A stretch of 62,038 nt of DNA, the filler included, from Choristocarpus tenellus KU-1152 (lineage: Eukaryota; Protista; Phaeophyceae): assembly GCA_964200185.2 (NCBI GenBank). It is 13 parts of 13 records of this genome, joined end to end, with 100 filler letters (N's around TTAATTAATTAA, not from the genome) between each part and the next. Parts side by side here need not be neighbours in the genome. Positions count along the whole stretch, not along the records: positions 10,377 to 13,507 come from CAXNAD020022106.1; positions 13,608 to 17,366 come from CAXNAD020018102.1; positions 17,467 to 30,833 come from CAXNAD020001509.1; 10 more parts are not named here. One strand, 5' to 3'. Positions 10,861 through 23,887 of this stretch are shown here, in pieces. Below the pieces are notes generated by a model. The model saw nothing but the letters and a program-made list of their open reading frames with translations. It was not told where the DNA came from and did no database searches. Position 1 is the first letter of the stretch. Each line of letters opens with the position of its first letter. A program made the position numbers and the translations under genes.

Positions 10861-13243
10861 GTGTGGGTAGTGGGGGCTGAGGTTGAGAAGGGCATGCTCA
10901 CTTCCGGCTCTTCTAGCTTCTTTGTTATTGATTTCTTTGACTTTGAGAGTCAGGCTACACCACTGCTCCCGGGCATGGACCCTGCTTTTGATTTCGCCAC
11001 AACTTTTAAGGTGAGACTTGGTGGGTAGGAGTGCGAGTGCTGGTCAGATACAGGATTAGAACTTGGTCAGAATGACGTGAGCGAAATTGTTTGAGTGAGA
11101 TTTTTCAGGATGGAATGTGACAGTTGAGGGAGATGGTATTCTTCTTCGAATGCAGTAGTTTTTTTGAGGAGGCTTCTATCTGTGGGCAGGGTGAATGCTT
11201 GCTTGGGAAACTCACTTGAGCTGGAGACCTAGGGTTTATTATTGGCGGTGGGACTATCCTCAAGAAGAAATCGATCAATGACCTTTATCTCTTGCGTGAA
11301 GTATTCCTTCCAATAGATTTGTTGCACAAAAACACGTAACTCTTGCTTGCTCCCTACTCACCCACCTTAATCTTCTCCCTACTGACCCTCAGTCCCCTTC
11401 ATGAACTATTGTACATCTCTTCCATCCCACCTCCTACTTACTGCCCCTCTTCCCAAGGTGACTGTTGATGACTTCTTCCTTCGCTTTCTAGGCACAGAAG
11501 GCCTAATCCTTGAGCTTAATCAGACGAGGGCTGCCGACTTTGAGCTGCTGGGCAGGTGTAGAGTGGCCCTTTCTGGTCTCCTTGCGTTAAGACCCCGAAT
11601 CATTCTGCAACGCGAGCCAGTGGTATCCGCTTCTGATGGATCAGTGGTAGCTTATGTCCATGTGGAGGTGAGGAACTGACAGGGTGATATGGTTGTAAGT
11701 TTCTAATATTCCTTTGCCTCAATGATTGTGTCTTATTATGTGCTTTATTTTTGATAATTTAAAGCAAGACACTCCAGATTATGTACTTCCTAGATTCAAG
11801 GCTGAAGTACATAATGATGTACACTCAGTTTATTCCTCTTACGGACATGCTATCATTGAGGGCAGGGAAGTCGTGGGGGAGAACTATTAGTGCATGCTTG
11901 ATATACAGGACACACACAACCCTATAAGTCCCACGCCAACAAAATTTGATAGCTTTGACCACTGTGCCAGTGGCGTAAGTTCATGATGGTAAGAACAAAT
12001 GTTTAGTGTGAGAGGTGTAAGTTTTGTTGCAATGCATTCGCTCTTTTCTACTGCATCGTGGAGGATTGTGCACTGCTGAAATATTTGAGGTGATTCTCGG
12101 GAATCCTGCCATTCCGGAATCTAAAATCTACACCTGCGACCCTCTGATAGCATTCCAAGACCCTGTGTTCAGTTTGTAGCACTTCTTTGTCTTTGCATCT
12201 CCGCTACAGGCCAAAGTATCGGAGAGGTACCTAGTGCGGTATTTTAAGGGCGCTGACAAACCATGGAAAAATTCAACTTGTAAAAATGTGTATAGGGACT
12301 ATCTGAATCCTGTCAAAGATTTATAAACAGTTCATGCACAGAAATAAGGGTGAACTGCAAAAGACGGAGAAAGCGGCTTCAAATGCAAAACAACCAATAC
12401 CTGGGTTCCTCTCGCTTACTTTGACTCACAACTTCTCACTATCATCTACTGGACAGATTCGAATGGCTCTACCTGTCACAGAACTCTACGGTCTGTTCCT
12501 GGAACGACATCCAGAGGAGAGAACTCGTGTAGAACAGGCCCGCATTAAGGAAGCCAAGGTACAGCCCTCCAAAGTATCTAGTCTCACCGTTTTCCTCCTG
12601 ATCATGTGTTAGACCAAGCGTGTTCTATTTTTCGTCAGCATATTATTTCTATACACTGCAGCCTTTGGGCATTGTATATATATTCATACACCACACTCTA
12701 CAAATGAACACAAAGAAAGTCATATAGTAAAAACACCGACATTAAGAATCAGGGATAGGCAGCATGATGTCTTACATTAGTCTGTAGAATCCCTCCCTAT
12801 ATACAGAGTATTACAAACACCGGGGGAGGTGCACAGACAGGAATTCTTGAAATGAGCTGAGGAGATTTTCCCCCTTCACTGTCTCCACTAGTGTATCACG
12901 TTCTCAACAACACTGCAATGCTACCCTCCTAACCTCTCACCCCCTCAATAAGTAAATAGCAGCTAGCGATTTACCACTCCCTATTCCTCCAATCTCTGAT
13001 AAACGTTTTTACATTTTTATGAGGAAGTCCCTAGGGTTGCTTCCCCCTGTATCTGCCTGGGATAGTGCTCTCTCAAAGAGATGTGATGAGGAAGGGCATA
13101 ATATTGGGGGTGAAGCACTCCGACTTGGAAACGAGCTAGAGGTGGTCGTGGTGGGGTGTGAAGGCCTCCCTAAGAGGAGGGTGAGGCAGGGGTTGCGGGA
13201 TAGCCAAAAACGAGGACCACCGGCTGCATATGCCCACTACCAG
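10861..13243 (+). CDS. RPGRIP1L: RPGRIP1L/fantom-like ciliary transition-zone C2-domain protein, internal exons
   Basis: Exons 10861-11010 (FFVIDFFDFESQATPLLPGMDPAFDFATTFK), 11458-11667 (VTVDDFFLRFLGTEGLILELNQ...), 12457-12558 (IRMALPVTELYGLF...) and ~13028-13243 (NELEVVVVGCEGL...PAAYAHYQ). They match the first C2 domain (DFxDFETQxTP..PxxxF) and the start of the second C2 domain. GT-AG, phase 0. Confidence 0.85.
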
Positions 13244-13734
13244 GTGTGATCTTGGGAAGATGTTAGATGTGTGTATGATGCAGTGGACATACATGCAAAT
13301 AACTTCAAAGATATATGTGGAAGAAGTAGGTTTAGATGGGGGGTAAGGGAGGTGAGACTAAGTATATGAATGGGTAGACATATACATCCAGAAATTCGGC
13401 CTGTTTTTGCCTCACCCTCTTCAAATACATCATATTTGATACCCTTGATTAGCCCCCAATATTTCGTCCTAACCCCCTAACCGCCTAACCGTAACGGTTC
13501 CCTGCCCNNNNNNNNNNNNNNNNNNNNNNNNNNNNNNNNNNNNNNNNNNNNTTAATTAATTAANNNNNNNNNNNNNNNNNNNNNNNNNNNNNNNNNNNNN
13601 NNNNNNNGGACACCCTGGTTTAGACCCCCCCCCTCTAGATACTTTGGTCCATTGATTTGGACATCCTATTGCTTGTTGTCACCAGGTGGTCAACCCAGTC
13701 CACTGTGGTGAGGGTGACGTGGGGTCTGAAAACC

Positions 13735-14000
13735 TCAGCGTCTTGCTAGTTTAAACTTAGGGTTAAAATGGTTTCTGACATGTGGAATTTTTTTCCTGAG
13801 ATTTTTTTCTTCTTTAGGCCGAATCAGGAAATATCCACTAAACATTTTCCAGGCTTCCGATGACGATGCTGCATTGCAGATTATAGTCTGGTGAAATCCA
13901 CTGTTAATAGTGCTCCTTGGCAACATGTCAGATGCCTTCTTGGCCTTCACATCTTCGCTAACTCCTTGCTCCTTGATGAAATTACTGTCGTCCACATGAG
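13735..14000 (-). mobile_element. Copia-type gag remnant
   Basis: DVKAKKASDML...TIICNAASSSEAWKMFSGYF resembles the retrotransposon gag motif KAxxxL...IxxxxSxxEAWxxLxxxF. Confidence 0.35.
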
Positions 14001-15496
14001 AAGGGTCCTGCCTGTCCTCTAAAGTCCAAGTCAATGTTGAGCTGTGTGTGTGTCCAAGAAGATACATGTCGTTGTGAACAGAAAGGATTGTTGTCAACTG
14101 TGAGTTAAAGGAGTTTGGTCTGGTAACTCTCTGAGTCCACCATTGAGAACTACCCGTGCAGTCACTCCAGTCCTAGTGCTGCCTCCTGTAGGTAGAGTAC
14201 TTCATGAAAATATAGCGTATAGGAAAGCTTTTGCGTGTGAAGCCCCACTGCCAAGAGCTGTTGCTGGGTAAATGCTTCGAACATGCACTACATCCACATT
14301 TTTGGGGGGAATGGACCTTCACCCTGACTCCATTATAGCTGCTCATCTTGCTCATCATACCACTCGCTGTGTACACAGTAAAATTATTCGATGTGTTGTA
14401 CTGAGCATTCTGTAATAGTAATGAAGATTGAAGTAGAATCAATGGCAACTCAACCATGCACATTGAACCATCGTCTGATCTAATCATTTCATGACCACTG
14501 TAGGTTAAAAAGGTGGCACCTTCCCACCCCAAAACAGTGCACATGATATTTCCTTAGAACAAGCGCCTCCTAAACAACCCCAAGCAGTTAATGATCTTGG
14601 GTTGAAGCCCCTTGTTCAGGGGAAAGGCGTGGGCAAGGTGTTTGGATGGTGAGGGATCGGGTGATTTTTCTCATCACCTCAAACTAACCTACTGCACTGC
14701 TTCTCATCGCCTAGTACTTGCAGTGGTTAACACTACTTATTCAATCCACAGTGCAGCAAGTTGCTGTCAAGCAGGGTTGCCTCTTTGCTCCTCAGTGGTC
14801 TGTGCCTTACCTATGCCCTCTACTCATTACTCCATGCTGGGGGGAAATGTTAGTCGAATCACTGTTGCTCAACCTATCTGAGAGTGGTGTTGCATTTGTT
14901 GGCAGGAGGTCGATTTGAAGGGTTAGGGTGTGGGATTGGGAATTGCTGACAGGTTGTTGGTATACTGACTAGGAACATTCGTGGGATTTGGACCACAAGG
15001 GGGTTTCTTCTATCCTACAAAGGGATAGTAGTTGGGAGCACTTACTGTGGAGGTCATCATCATCATTCATGCAGACCTGTCATGAATCACTGCAAAAGAA
15101 ATGTGGACCCGTGGACAAGAAAGGGTAGCAAGATAGTCCACAATTGCTTGCAGTCGTGCTTAAGAATACGTCAAGTGTAGGTGGATTTAGAGGAGGGTCA
15201 GATTAGTGGGGTGATCCACAATAGTTCGAACAACGAATAAATAGGTAACATGTCGTGAATGGTGAGTCAACAAGGAGAGGTTAACAAATAATTTCAACAG
15301 AAGGTGGTTTAGACCTATTCATACTTTTTTAATTACACAGAAAAAAAAGGAAACGGGGAAATGAGGAACATCAAAAATAATCACTCCAAAAAGAGAAATA
15401 GACAGGGGAGGGGAAGGAGAGTTCAGCAGACGTTGGTGATGGTGTCGGTTAGTTGATGGGTTACCTTAGTCAGCTGCTGCTTGTGGCATGACAATA

Positions 15497-15673
15497 GAGT
15501 CAAAGCATTTTAAAGGTAGGGCTGCGTCTGTTTAGGGTCCAAAATCCAATGTTGTGATTTTGATTAATTTTGGCTATCGTGTGTGTTAGCAAGTGTGAAT
15601 TGCAGACGACGGACAAAGTGGCTTAAACTGCAAAATAGCCAAAACTGGATACCTCTCATGTACTTAGAGACTC
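15497..15673 (+). mobile_element. MITE family A diverged or shortened variant
   Basis: The left ~100 bp align to the family consensus; the right end is degenerate. Confidence 0.6.
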
Positions 15674-15936
15674 TCTGCGTGCTGGTTGACATTGTATTCG
15701 ATCCCTTAACACCACGATCACAAACTTCTCGAGGTCAACCTTGCAGGTACTGTGCACTAGTAGATCTTCTCCTACTATCCACCTTGCTTCCGTTTTCAAA
15801 TTGTAGCCTCCCCAAACATAAACGCCTTGGAAAGTCGCTCATCCCCAACACATACCACTATCCCTATCGATAGGAGTCTTGGTTTGCACACTATCACCTC
15901 AGAGACTCTCTCACACCTAGTCAGGGATGGGCATCT

Positions 15937-16197
15937 GAGCTAAAGTATCTTAGAGGGTAGAGCCGCGTCCATTTGGGGCCCAAAATACAATGCTGCGACT
16001 TTGATGTAATTTTGGCTGTCGTGTTTTGCTAGGAGGTGTCAATATCCATGTTCTGGACACATCTTTTCATAACATTTACACTTTACCTGCTCCTAAACAT
16101 TTTGGAGTAGGTAAATTGTCATAAAAGAACCCATGGGAAGTCAAGTCCCAAATGGACAAACAGGGAAAAACTCGTACCCTCTATGATACTTTCACTA
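15937..16197 (+). mobile_element. MITE family A, full length, TSD ATCT
   Basis: TIRs GAGCTAAAGTATCTTAGAGGGTA / TACCCTCTATGATACTTTCACTA; ATCT on both sides. Confidence 0.92.
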
Positions 16198-16353
16198 ATC
16201 TATGCATTTTTTTTTCTTTGTAGGGCGGGGTGTGTGATTGGTGTGTTCCCAGTTGTGAAATCCGACGTAACGTAGGTGGAATTTGGGGTTGTGGGGACGA
16301 AGCTCCATATAGCTGAGTGTCCATGTCATACAATAATCTCATACAACAACAGA

Positions 16354-16608
16354 GAGTCCAAGCATCTGAGAGGGTAGAACTACGTCCATATTGATTGGGG
16401 TCCAAAATCCAATTTTATGTAATTTTGGCTATCGCTTTGTTAGCAAGTGTCAATATCCTTGCTCCAGGCACCCCTTTCATAGTCCTATAGATACTACCTA
16501 CTCCGGAATGTTTCGAAAGCCGACAAAGGGCATAAAAAACCCTAACACTAAGCCAAGCCCCGAACGTACAAACAGGGCAAAAGTCCTACCCTTTTCAATT
16601 CTTTGGAT
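16354..16608 (+). mobile_element. MITE family A, older diverged copy
   Basis: Colinear with the consensus; degenerate TIRs. Confidence 0.75.
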
Positions 16609-18215
16609 TGGAAAAACTTCAATCATGGACTTCAGCCTTGAGCATTTGGATATATTTGTTTATGCTCAAGTGGGTGATACATCTGAGGTATGTCCTGTCA
16701 TAGAGCGCTCTTACAAATAATCATGCTGCTTGGCTGTGTATTTGCGGACACAACCCCAAACCTTTTTGGATCCTTTGACTGATCTCGGTAGTGATAGTAA
16801 CTTCATTGTTGATGTTTCTCCAAAGAAGGGTAAACAAAGCTACTTAATTGTCAGTCTAATAAAGTTGTACAGAAAAACTCTAACGGCACTACTCCCAATT
16901 CCCAACACAGAGGAGCTAGTGGTGGCCACAATGGAGGTGTTCGATGTGTATCCCTGGGAGAAACTAGAGCTCGTCTGGCAGAGCCTCTGTCGGAATTAAA
17001 TTTGAAGTGGTGGGGTCCATTGTGAATAATATTAGGACTGAAACTTTGAAAATACGTGAGTAAATTAGTAAAAACAGGTATACAGAACCCATAGGTTTGC
17101 AAGGGAAGGCACTATATGGAAGTGTACGATACATACAATGAGAGAGACTCAAAAAGTTGTTCCTGGTGATGCTTCTATTTATTACAATATTCATTTCACA
17201 AGTATTCCTTCAACACCTGAGAGAGAGCAGGTACTGGTAAGATACATATACAGATGGATGGGCGAACAGGATTTTTTTTATCATGTGGTGACCCAAAGTA
17301 TCTGGGGGGGGGGGGGGGGGGGGGGCTACAGGAGGGGGTCTATTTGGTTCAAAATCAGGAAAAGTGNNNNNNNNNNNNNNNNNNNNNNNNNNNNNNNNNN
17401 NNNNNNNNNNTTAATTAATTAANNNNNNNNNNNNNNNNNNNNNNNNNNNNNNNNNNNNNNNNNNNNTACGTTGTTTGTGCTGACACAAGTATATAACATA
17501 GGTTATACGTAAGTTTATAATTGGTTAGGTATAATCCAAAGTACGTACGTATACAAAATATAATAAGTCAACATTAATCCACAAGTCAGTGATGATGGAT
17601 GGTTGACAGGCAATTAACAATTCAGTGTGTGCTTTACCATGTAATTCAACTGCTGGCTTCCTTCGACGAGCCTTACGTGCGCCAAGCTTTTCAACAAAGA
17701 CTTCTACCCTGCTCGAACTTGACTTACCCCCCCCCTTCCCCAACATCCCACTCGATCGTGGGCAATCGAAACGGTGGGTGGGTGGGAAAGACTGCTCGGA
17801 GGTTGCCGTGATCTTGTCCCTTCTTGTCTTGCGCCACTACCCTTGGCTTCACCTTTACTTCTGCCCCATTCTTTCTTACCTCGTGCCTCCTCCTACCACT
17901 CATCACTTTTAACTTCTCTCCTACCTCTCATCCATCAAGTCTACCCTCCAATTCTTTCTTTTTATCCCTCCCAATACTTTACCTTGCCATATGTATTCCC
18001 TTCTACGAATTCGCACTCCCCCAAAATTCGCATTACTTCATAACTTCCCCTTTTCTCCGACACATGTGCTAAATGTCAGCACATAATAACATTATACAAA
18101 AAAACTAGAAACCGTCTGGTCGTGAACGGTTTCGTAACCAACCCCACTACACTACCACTCGTAAGAATGTATGAAAAAGTATATTATCTGTGGTTCAAGA
18201 TCTCAAAAATAGGAC

Positions 18216-21200
18216 ATGCATATGACGCCCGTCGTGTCGTTCTTCGCTTTAGGTATGGCAGTATTGATTTTGCGACTCTCCTGCATCGCAGATAGAGTAC
18301 CAGGTGCATTTAGTCAGTACGATTTTACTTACACAGCATGTCAGAACGGTTCAATTCCGGATTCGATAGGAGGCGACGTGTTCTACGGTGACTTGATCAT
18401 GAATAAGAACTTAACCTCGTGTCGCCAAGGTATTGGCATTGTTTCAAACGGGAGTGTTGCTGGGAATGAAGAATTGCCCGGTTTGACATCAACAGGAACA
18501 ACTAAACATGATTTCAAAGCTATGATCAAAGCTAACGGTAAATTCTTAGGCTTTACAATTGACATGTGGCTTAGAATATATAGTATGGAATGCTCACAAC
18601 TAGAGAGGCACGACACATGTTTGGCTCCGATCATGACAATCAGCGACCCTATTTTCGAGCCAGATGATGCGTGCGATGAAACTTCAAGCATGGAATTATT
18701 ATATAATATTCCATTTCAAGTATTTGTTTACAAGTTGCTGGATTATTGGGACGGCGACTGCTATTTTTCATACGGTAGTCATAAATTCCTTATGGGGGGC
18801 GATGATCCAGTTCATGTTGTATTTGCGATGAGTCCTCAGGCTAATCGTGACGGTTATCGAGATTGGTATATCAATGGTGAACTGTTAGATTGGGACTGGG
18901 CCTTCGACCTCCTACCCGACCAAATGCTCACTCATTGGTATGACACGTACCATCTTTATATGATAGACCGACCCAGGTACAAAGAGAGCACCGAATATAT
19001 CCCATTTTTAGGTGAAATTTATCTCTTATCAATGTACCCCCATTATTTTAACTCGAGTGAGGTGGAGCAAAACTTCAACTCTTTGATTTCACAGAGCATT
19101 CCTTTTGTATACGATGTTTCGGTAGTTATGAACGAGGATGGAGAGGTTGGAGATCACTATTCTCAACCAGAATTCTACCTTGAAAATGTCCCTTCCACTG
19201 ATCTACATATTATATATCTCGATGTATATGATGACGACAATTGCGGCGTAGAGAATCCTAATAGGGGGCATAATCTTTCCTTCCCAACAGCAGTAATATA
19301 TACACACCCAGTCAATGGCACTCTTCACACCTTGTCAGGGCAGGACATATTGCATTTGCCGCATGATATCATGATGGGAAATGACTTCTCATATGGATTG
19401 AGGTATCGACCATTTAAAGACAAGTACAATGATAATGAATTTTTTGACAGTTTTGTCTACGGTGCCAAAGATGGTGAAAGCAATGGCACTTCCTTGGAGA
19501 ATGCAACAGTGTATATCTATGTGCTGCCCAAGAATGACCCACCTGTTGCATACAATGCATCTGCGAATGTAACTCTGGGCACTAATGACAACGTTATTGA
19601 CCTTTATGGTGATGACATTGATATAGGGGATTCTGTCCCAACTGCTGCATTTTCAAGGCTTCCTGCACGCGGTACTCTGTATCAGGTGAAGTTTTCTCGA
19701 CCCAATTTAGGCACTACTGTTGCCTGCAGAATTTAAACAAGTACATCATTCATCCTAGCATTTTTACCAGCACAAAGTAATCTGAGTACTATGGTACTAG
19801 AAATATGTAACTGGTTGTTTTGAAGCTGAAATATCTGCCATGAGCAAGCAGGCCACTTGAAAGTTGTGTTATTTTTGAGCTAGACTCTACACTTTTACAT
19901 TTCCGCATACATTGTGGTTGCATCATGGTTGAGGGGGTTATGCAGTATCTAGGTCATTGAGGGATTTCATTGGATAACATCGTTGAGAAAGACTAGCCTT
20001 TCCCACGTAGAAAGCACAACTGCCATGGAGATGAATGTCGTATAGGTGAATATATTTTCATTATTCACCAAAATATACTATTTATGCTGTGACCTCATGT
20101 CCATGAATTCATCTCTTCATCACACTTCAATTTAGAATCCGCATTTTTCACTCCAGCCTTGTCACTTGTATGTAGTGAGGATCTAGGGTCCTGACATCAA
20201 CTTAGTGGATTGCATCTAGTCCTGTCTTGGCTAAATATGTGTATCTAAATTTTCTTTGCAGCAATTCTATCACTAGTTGAGTTGAGGTTACACAACAAAT
20301 TGCACAGTTTTCCCGCCCCACCTTTTCCTTTTTCAACAAATACAGGTTGACCCTAGTGGAGGGATCACCGATGATGTTATTGAGGCTGGTGATTTGCTAC
20401 GGTCAATGAGAGCTGCATATGAGTACAATGTTGATTTCCTTGAGCCCAATTTTCCCAAACAGACGTACCTTGACACAGAAAGCTTCACTTTTCATGTGTT
20501 TGACTCCGATCATAATCGATCATTGGATGCCTTTGTAACAATTCACCTCACGCACGAAGTTAAAGCACTTACGTCTGAAAGTAGGAACAGGGATCATTCT
20601 TGGATTACCAAGGAAGATAGTGATAATATTGTAAAGATGTACGGGATGAATTCTGGCGAACTTCGAGGGGACTTGACAATCGTTCTAGACAGCCTCCCAG
20701 TACATGGCACAGTTTATGATCCCGCCAGAACCAGGAGAGTAGCCTTAGGAGTTGGGAATTCCTTTAAAACTAAAGTAAAATACCCGTACCTCGACGGAAT
20801 TGGCTTCATATACCACCCTGATAGCGATTACTTCTCATCTCCCACCAAAGACTGGAATGGCTTCAATCTAGAATTAGAAGGTGATAATATCAGTTATCAT
20901 GTAACCACCGTGATTGGAACAGCGGTAATTACTACTACTACAGTCTTCCAGGAGATTAGAGTGGTCAATGTCAACGACAACTTTACCTTTACATGTCCCA
21001 CACAGAGGTATGAAACCCTTGCTGCAGGGAATGTGGTAAACTCTACTTTAGATAAGGTGTACATGTACGGTTTCACCCTTTCAGATGAGGTGGATCTTCA
21101 TGTTGATGCTGTGCATGCCGTGATAGATGCACAATATGGCGCAATGACATTAAACGAAAAACATTTGACTTATATCGATTTTACTTCTATCAAGAGCTGC

Positions 21201-21785
21201 TACTCCAACGATCACTGGCGATGTATGGGGGGTTCAGTTCTCAGCACAACGATGTCATTTGTTGCCCCGCCAGATCAGCTATTGCTGGCCCTTAATGGCA
21301 TGCAATACCGGACATATAAGACACACGTTATGGAGAACATTTCCATCACAATTGCTGATGGTGCAGGAGGAACAGATTGCCTTGCTGATTCTCAGTTTCG
21401 TACTACATCTTATAGACCTTTCTGTAGGGTAATATCATGCTACATTGAAGTAAATGTTACAGACAAGAATTTTGATGATGGATTTGAATTTGTTGACGAC
21501 TGGTTTTTTAATTTTTACGTTGATCTCCCGCTTTGGATATGCCTTTTTGCAACTCTCGTTTGGCTAGCAATCTTCACAATCAGATTGATTGTAAAACACC
21601 TGTGTCGCCTGTTCTGCATCTATATGAGGAAGCTGTGGCGGTGCCTCACCATTGCTGTTCCTGATGAAGCCCATGCAAAAAAGAGAAAAAATAAGTGGCC
21701 CAAGAAAATTGGATTGAAGAAAAAAATAGGGATACATGACAAGAGCAGCAACAGGAGCAGCAAAAGAGTGTGGTCGGTTGAGTAA
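18216..21785 (+). CDS. Type I membrane protein (~969 aa): signal peptide, LamG/ConA-like domain, bacterial-type cadherin/Ig-like repeats, C-terminal TM helix, basic tail
   Basis: Exons 18216-19685 (cag|gtgaag) and 20346-21785 (tacag|VDPSGG), in frame. Hydrophobic N-terminus; FTIDMWL...PVHVVF...WYING (LamG-like); DSFVYGAKDG...ATVYIYVLPKNDPPVA and IRVVNVND (cadherin-like repeats); TM LPLWICLFATLVWLAIFTIRLIV; Lys-rich tail. Confidence 0.85.
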
Positions 21786-22929
21786 AATTTGTAGAAAGGG
21801 CAATGAGCAATTTCAGTCTGTAGTATTCCAACACCTTGATCGCATTGCTAGTGGAAGAAGGATAATTGTACCTGTCACTTTGGCAAATATTGAGATGGTT
21901 GGCTCAGAATATGATTGTATCTTGGTAGCTGGCATGGCCCTGGCCCATGATACATTTCTAGCACTGCTAAGGGATGTTCGCACTCCTTACTACTAATGCA
22001 AGCACTTGGTTCGTATAATCACATCTGACTTGCACTTGTGCAACACGGACACCAGCTACCAAGCCAACTGACAGGTTGACCTCACCAAATGGTGTTGGGG
22101 ACATTCTACAATTGCAGGTGGTGAAGGAATTTAACGTAAAAATGGAAAACCAAAAGAAAAAAATAGACCATTGGGAGGGGTCATGTAAAAAATATATGTA
22201 CTTCACTACGCAAAAGTGTGGAAGACGCATGTGCCCTCCTAGGTTCCTACACTGGTTGTTCAGGGATTGGAAGGTTTGGGAAATTTAGTGTATCAACATT
22301 ACACATAGCTAACACAGGCTTACAAGAAAAATTAGTTTACCTATTCTCCTTCTGTATGTTGCCAAACCATTGCCAAACAACTTATTTCATCATGGTAAAA
22401 GGAGAAGAGATCTCTCGCCAAAGTAGTTTGATTGCTGACCAATGAAGTCCAGTAGAAAGTAGAATCTGCCATCTGGAGGTGCACCCTGACTATTGACTTG
22501 CCGCAAATATTGTACTGGAGTGGAGCACCCAAGGAAAAACTTTCAAGGTAAAACTCACTAATGCAAAGAAATTTTATTATTTCATTGTACAGTATCTACA
22601 CTATACTCTGTCACCCCAACACTTAAAGTGCCACACACACTTCTTCATTCAACAGTTTAGCAAAGCAATCACTGCACTGCGCCTGTATGCTATTTTCTCG
22701 AAGAGAAGGAATAGTTCCAATCTGGGCAGATCTCCACATACTGCGTACAAAGGTAACGACCTCTGTGGTAGAACACGAATTTGCGCTTGACACTTATTAA
22801 TTTATCCCAATTTTTCGTTATGGCAGTATTTATAGACTACAGGGTATTCTACCAGGCTAGAAAGACTCTAGGGTTCCACAAAGGAGTTCCATGTTAGCAT
22901 GGCAGTTTGGTAGATAGATGCTTCATATA

Positions 22930-23192
22930 GAGCCAAAGTATCTTAGAGGGTAGAGCCGTGTCCATTTGGGGGTCAATATCCAATGTTATGATTTTGATTT
23001 ATTTTTACCTATCGTGTTTGTTAGAAAGTGTCAATATCCTTGTTTCAGATGTGTACACCTTTTCATAACGTATACATTTTACCTACTCCTAAACATTTTG
23101 GAGTTGGAAAATGTAATAAAAAACCCCATGGGAAGCCAAGCACCAAAGGGACAAACAGGGCAAAACTCGTACCCTCTAAGATACTTTCACTC
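22930..23192 (+). mobile_element. MITE family A, full length, TSD ATA
   Basis: GAGCCAAAGTATCTTAGAGGGTA...TACCCTCTAAGATACTTTCACTC flanked by ATA on both sides. Confidence 0.95.
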
Positions 23193-23624
23193 ATAGAGAA
23201 ATGTACTGAATACCTGTACATGTTGATTAGCAAATGGAACGTGGAATATATTAATTGAAGAGTATTGTTTGAAGGCCAGAACTGGAATTTTGAAATCTTG
23301 AAGTTCAAGGTATTCTATTCTCTAAGGTGGAACAATAGAGTCATTTTGTGTTGCAAAGGGTTTGTGTTGGCGGCAAAGAGTCTGGCCAACCAATATAGAC
23401 GCTGACATGTTGTTGTGCGAGTATCCATCCCTTCTTGCTTTTTAAGAATCTTAGAGAGAATAATGTGCTCGTCTACCAGGTTCATGATTAATCAAGTTGT
23501 TATGTGCGGTGCGACTGAGTGTGTGTGTGTGTGATGCGTACTTGTTGTGTGCATTCTCACTTGCTCACAACAGCAGCAGTAGTAGTCGTTGGTTGTCGTA
23601 GTAGCAGTAATGGTTTGCCATTAT

Positions 23625-23887
23625 CGAAGAGAGGGGGACGTCTCTGGATATTTGGGCCCCCTGTGACAGTCTACTGGTGCATACGCTTGTAGCACTCTGA
23701 AGGGCGATTTCGAGCTTATGTGGACGAACGTTTTTTCTTCGGCAGACAAAGCCTCCTAAGGACAGCTGACTGCGCTTCAGCTATCAGAAGATTTAAAAAA
23801 GGAGCCAGACAGAATATATTAAAGGCCCTAAAATCTCAATAGCTCAAGAGGGCCGCGGTAGATCCCCCCTAAAATAGGGTGGTTTTA
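23625..23887 (+). mobile_element. MITE family C, diverged copy
   Basis: Shares CTGGTxCATxxGCTTxTAGCACTCTGxAGGGCxATTTCGAGCT and the right-end motif with 52563-52831. Confidence 0.55.

Noticed and set aside
22966-23308. Recurrent small ORFs (NVYILPTPKHFGVGK, LVPSKIL) here and at 42778-43236 and 54518-55069
   Set aside because: Chance translations of non-coding MITE A; frames are not conserved between copies.
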